DNA of 18,558 nucleotides from a virus: UHGV virus genome UHGV-0255022; one strand, 5' to 3'. Shown piece by piece: positions 15,913 to 18,558 of this stretch (position 1 is its first letter; each line of letters starts with the position of its first letter). The notes under the pieces were generated by a model. It saw only the letters and a program-made list of their open reading frames with translations, ran no database searches and was not told where the DNA came from. The position numbers and the translations under genes were made by a program.

Positions 15913-16598
15913 ATACCCAATATTTACAGTATGTCCGCGAGCAACTCATTGTGGCTACCGCTGATTTGAGCGGAGCAACGAAAGGACAGCTTGAAGCCTG
16001 GCTGGAGCATGCACAATTTGATACTGGTACATACAAACGAAAGAAGCCGCGCATTCTGGATGAGGTAACTGGCAGGATGATTACGCTGGATAATCCGCCG
16101 ATTTCCGGTAAGCAGTTGTACGCAAAAGGTTCATCCATTGCACTGGTCAGCCAGGTTGAGTTCTCAACCTCGTCATGGCGCCGCGCGGTTCTGTCTCTCG
16201 AAGAACATCAGAAAGCGTGGTTGCTGTGGAGTTACAGCGAAAGTGTTCGCTGGGAACATCAGGTCACCATAACGCAGTGGGCATGGAGCGAGTTTAAGAC
16301 TCTGTTGGGTACCAGGAAAATTGCAGGTAAAACACTGGAACGTTTGAAGAAGTTGATCTGGCTGGCGGCACAGGATGTGAAGAACGAGCTGGCAGGGCGT
16401 AAGACCTATGAATACCAGGAGCTGGCATCACTGGTGGGAGTGACATCAAAAAACTGGTCTGAGACATTTACTGAACGCTGGGTTGCAATGAAGCACATTT
16501 TTCTACAGCTTGATAGCCAAGCTTTATTGCTTTTAACGAAAACACGTTCAAAACAAAAGACCATATTTTCACAGCAAGATATTGCAAAACTGGATTAA
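15909..16598 (+). CDS. Putative late-gene antiterminator (Q-position protein)
   Basis: 229-aa ORF between the nin genes and a terminator-containing late leader. Assigned by position; the protein has no cysteines, unlike zinc-finger Q proteins, so the family is uncertain. Confidence 0.45.
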   Translation: MNTQYLQYVREQLIVATADLSGATKGQLEAWLEHAQFDTGTYKRKKPRILDEVTGRMITLDNPPISGKQLYAKGSSIALVSQVEFSTSSWRRAVLSLEEHQKAWLLWSYSESVRWEHQVTITQWAWSEFKTLLGTRKIAGKTLERLKKLIWLAAQDVKNELAGRKTYEYQELASLVGVTSKNWSETFTERWVAMKHIFLQLDSQALLLLTKTRSKQKTIFSQQDIAKLD

Positions 16599-16610
16599 AA
16601 ATCATATATT
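16582..16610 (+). promoter_or_regulatory. Candidate late promoter (PR'-like)
   Basis: -35 TTGCAA (16582-16587), 17-bp spacer, -10 TATATT (16605-16610), overlapping the 3' end of the Q-position gene. A -10-like gatatt lies in the early transcribed region as a possible pause element. Confidence 0.4.
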
Positions 16611-16665
16611 TTATGTAAATCTGATATTTTGCCAATGTTGTACGCACTGGCAGTAATCCAAATTC

Positions 16666-16700
16666 AAGCCCGAGGTTTAAAGCCTTGGGCTTTTCTGTTT
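16666..16700 (+). terminator. Intrinsic terminator 1 in the late leader
   Basis: aagcccgagg / ccttgggctt stem (one G-U pair) with a 7-nt loop, followed by ttctgttt. Confidence 0.6.
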
Positions 16701-16779
16701 CTGAACGGTGAGTAGCCTTCCAACCTACCCCAGCCAGGGTGTCTTCAGCTGTTGAGTTGATATTGCTTAACCCTCTGTT

Positions 16780-16805
16780 GCCAGCTACATGCTGGCTTTT
16801 TTATT
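16780..16805 (+). terminator. Intrinsic terminator 2 in the late leader (tR'-like)
   Basis: Perfect GCCAGC-tacat-GCTGGC hairpin followed by ttttttatt. It would end a transcript of roughly 190 nt from the predicted PR'. Confidence 0.8.
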
Positions 16806-16907
16806 CCAGGCTTGCGGGGAGCATCAACTCCGTGCTTTGTCGTTAAATTACCCCGTGAGCCTGATTTCTGACATTTAACGTCCCGGCCTTTTGTCGGCGG
16901 CGAAACA

Positions 16908-17225
16908 TTGGCTATTCATATGCACGAAAAAGAGAGCCTTGCCGGAGCGTTCTGGCTCGTTTTGCTGATCATCGCAGGTTGGGGCGGTCTGGTCCGCTAC
17001 CTGATAGATGTGAAGCAGAGTAAAGCAACGTGGAGTTGGATAAATGCTCTGGCTCAAATAGTGGTATCAGGATTCACCGGTGTTATTGGTGGCCTGATCA
17101 GCATCGAAAGTGGATTCAGTATTTACATGATTCTCGCGACAGCGGGGATTAGTGGTGCGATGGGTTCGGTTGCACTGACGTACTTCTGGGAACGACTGAC
17201 AGGGGTGAAAAATGCAAAATCTTAA
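16908..17225 (+). CDS. Holin (non-lambda-S family), possible dual-start holin/antiholin
   Basis: 105-aa ORF directly upstream of and overlapping the endolysin gene. It has hydrophobic transmembrane segments, a charged C-terminus and two in-frame Met codons (M1, M5). Confidence 0.7.
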   Translation: MAIHMHEKESLAGAFWLVLLIIAGWGGLVRYLIDVKQSKATWSWINALAQIVVSGFTGVIGGLISIESGFSIYMILATAGISGAMGSVALTYFWERLTGVKNAKS

Positions 17226-17688
17226 TCCTCAGCGTAAAGCCTTCCTCGATATGTTGGCGTGGTCAGAAGGAACGGATAACGGGCGACAACCGACACGTAA
17301 CCACGGTTATGATGTTATTGTTGGCGGCGAACTGTTTACTGATTACTCCGATCACCCTCGCAAACTTGTCACGCTACACCCCAAACTCAAATCAACAGCC
17401 GCCGGACGTTATCAGCTTCTTTCACGCTGGTGGGATGCTTACCGTAAACAGCTTGGTTTGAAAGACTTCTCCCCCAAAAGCCAGGACGCAGTGGCATTAC
17501 AGCAGATTAAAGAGCGTGGTGCTTTACCGATGATTGATCGCGGTGATATCCGTCAGGCAATCGACCGTTGCAGCAATATCTGGGCTTCACTGCCGGGCGC
17601 TGGTTATGGTCAGTTCGAGCATAAGGCTGACAGCCTGATTGCAAAATTCAAAGAAGCTGGCGGAACGCTCAGAGAGAGTGAGGTATGA
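17212..17688 (+). CDS. R: Endolysin R (lambda-type lytic transglycosylase)
   Basis: 158-aa product near-identical to lambda R as recalled ([49 protein letters not shown]...). Confidence 0.95.
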   Translation: MQNLNPQRKAFLDMLAWSEGTDNGRQPTRNHGYDVIVGGELFTDYSDHPRKLVTLHPKLKSTAAGRYQLLSRWWDAYRKQLGLKDFSPKSQDAVALQQIKERGALPMIDRGDIRQAIDRCSNIWASLPGAGYGQFEHKADSLIAKFKEAGGTLRESEV

Positions 17689-18146
17689 GCAGAATAACCG
17701 CGATTATCTCCGCTCTGGTTATCTGCGTCATCGTCTGCCTTTCATGGGCGGTTAATCATTACCGCGATAACGCGATTACCTACAAAGCCCAGCGCGACAA
17801 AAATGCCAGAGAACTGACGCTGGCGAACGCGGCAATTACTGACATACAGATGCGTCAGCGTGATGTTGCTGCGCTCGATGCAAAATACACGAAGGAGTTA
17901 GCTGATGCGAAAGCTGAAAATGATGCTCTGCGTGATGATGTTGCCGCTGGTCGTCGTCGGTTGCACATCAAAGCAGTCTGTCAGTCAGTGCGTGAAGCCA
18001 CCACCGCCTCCGGCGTGGATAATGCAGCCTCCCCCCGACTGGCAGACACCGCTGAACGGGATTATTTCACCCTCAGAGAGAGGCTGATCACTATGCAAAA
18101 ACAACTGGAAGGAACCCAGAAGTATATTAATGAGCAGTGCAGATAG
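17685..18146 (+). CDS. Rz: Rz inner-membrane spanin (i-spanin)
   Basis: 153-aa product matching lambda Rz as recalled, with an N-terminal TM segment and coiled-coil. The ATGA start overlaps the R stop. Confidence 0.95.
   Translation: MSRITAIISALVICVIVCLSWAVNHYRDNAITYKAQRDKNARELTLANAAITDIQMRQRDVAALDAKYTKELADAKAENDALRDDVAAGRRRLHIKAVCQSVREATTASGVDNAASPRLADTAERDYFTLRERLITMQKQLEGTQKYINEQCR
17905..18087 (+). CDS. Rz1: Rz1 outer-membrane lipoprotein spanin (o-spanin), embedded in the +1 frame of Rz
   Basis: 60-aa product with lipobox VVGC and a proline-rich region ([15 protein letters not shown]), matching lambda Rz1 as recalled. Confidence 0.9.
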   Translation: MRKLKMMLCVMMLPLVVVGCTSKQSVSQCVKPPPPPAWIMQPPPDWQTPLNGIISPSERG

Positions 18147-18177
18147 AGCTGCCCATATCGATGGGCAACTCATGCAA

Positions 18178-18471
18178 TTATTGTGAGCAATACACACGCG
18201 CTTCCAGTGGAGTATAAATGCCTAAAGTAATAAAACCGAGAAATCCATTTACGAATGTTTGCTGGGTTTCTGTTTTAACAACATTTTCTGCGCCGCCACA
18301 AATTTTGGCTGCATCAACAGTTTTCTCCTGTCCAATTCCCGAAACGAAGAAATGATGGGTGATGGTTTCCTTTGGTGTTACTGCTGTCGGTTTGTTTCCA
18401 ACAGTAAACGTCTGTTGAGCACATCCTGTAATAAGCATTGCCAGAGCGGCAGAAAACAACATTTTTTTCAT
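18178..18471 (-). CDS. bor: Bor outer-membrane lipoprotein (serum-resistance protein)
   Basis: 97-aa product from MKKMLFSAALAMLITGC with lipobox ITGC, matching lambda Bor as recalled. The start is set at ATG 18471 (SD agga upstream) rather than the ORF-track start at 18519. Confidence 0.9.
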   Translation of the reverse strand: MKKMLFSAALAMLITGCAQQTFTVGNKPTAVTPKETITHHFFVSGIGQEKTVDAAKICGGAENVVKTETQQTFVNGFLGFITLGIYTPLEARVYCSQ

Positions 18472-18558
18472 CTTATTATCCTGCATTGTTAAAAACGGCA
18501 GAATCCTATGTGACAACAATTAAACGATAGTTAAATGGATTGATGAAAATTAAAACTA

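Noticed and set aside
18149-18164. Palindrome GCCCATatcgATGGGC downstream of Rz, considered as a terminator
   Set aside because: It has no adjacent T-tract on either strand and lies between the convergent Rz and bor genes. It may be a protein site or coincidental; the evidence is insufficient.

Overview
The window is the left-to-late portion of a mosaic lambdoid prophage, probably from Escherichia coli or a close relative, running from the int-proximal attachment region to the lysis cassette. All calls are from reading the sequence and the supplied ORF translations; protein identities are from recalled family knowledge, with no database search run. Gene order is: attL-side hairpin and direct repeats, int and xis, a lambda-like early-left block (orf63/orf60a-like, exo, bet, gam), an immunity region (LexA-type CI repressor, YdaS-like Cro, YdaT-like protein in the CII position), replication genes O and P with origin iterons inside O, a cargo insertion, a DLP12-like nin block (ninB/ybcN, ninE, ybcO, rusA, ylcG), a Q-position protein, a late leader with two intrinsic terminators, and holin, R, Rz/Rz1 and bor. 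The most unusual part is the cargo insertion between P and the nin genes (about 9116-14500): a large invasin/intimin-family adhesin gene that is split by a 225-bp internal inversion with inverted flank duplications, and a convergent lipoprotein esterase. No ARM-bearing N-like ORF was found downstream of the predicted pL. No rRNA, tRNA or CRISPR array was seen.
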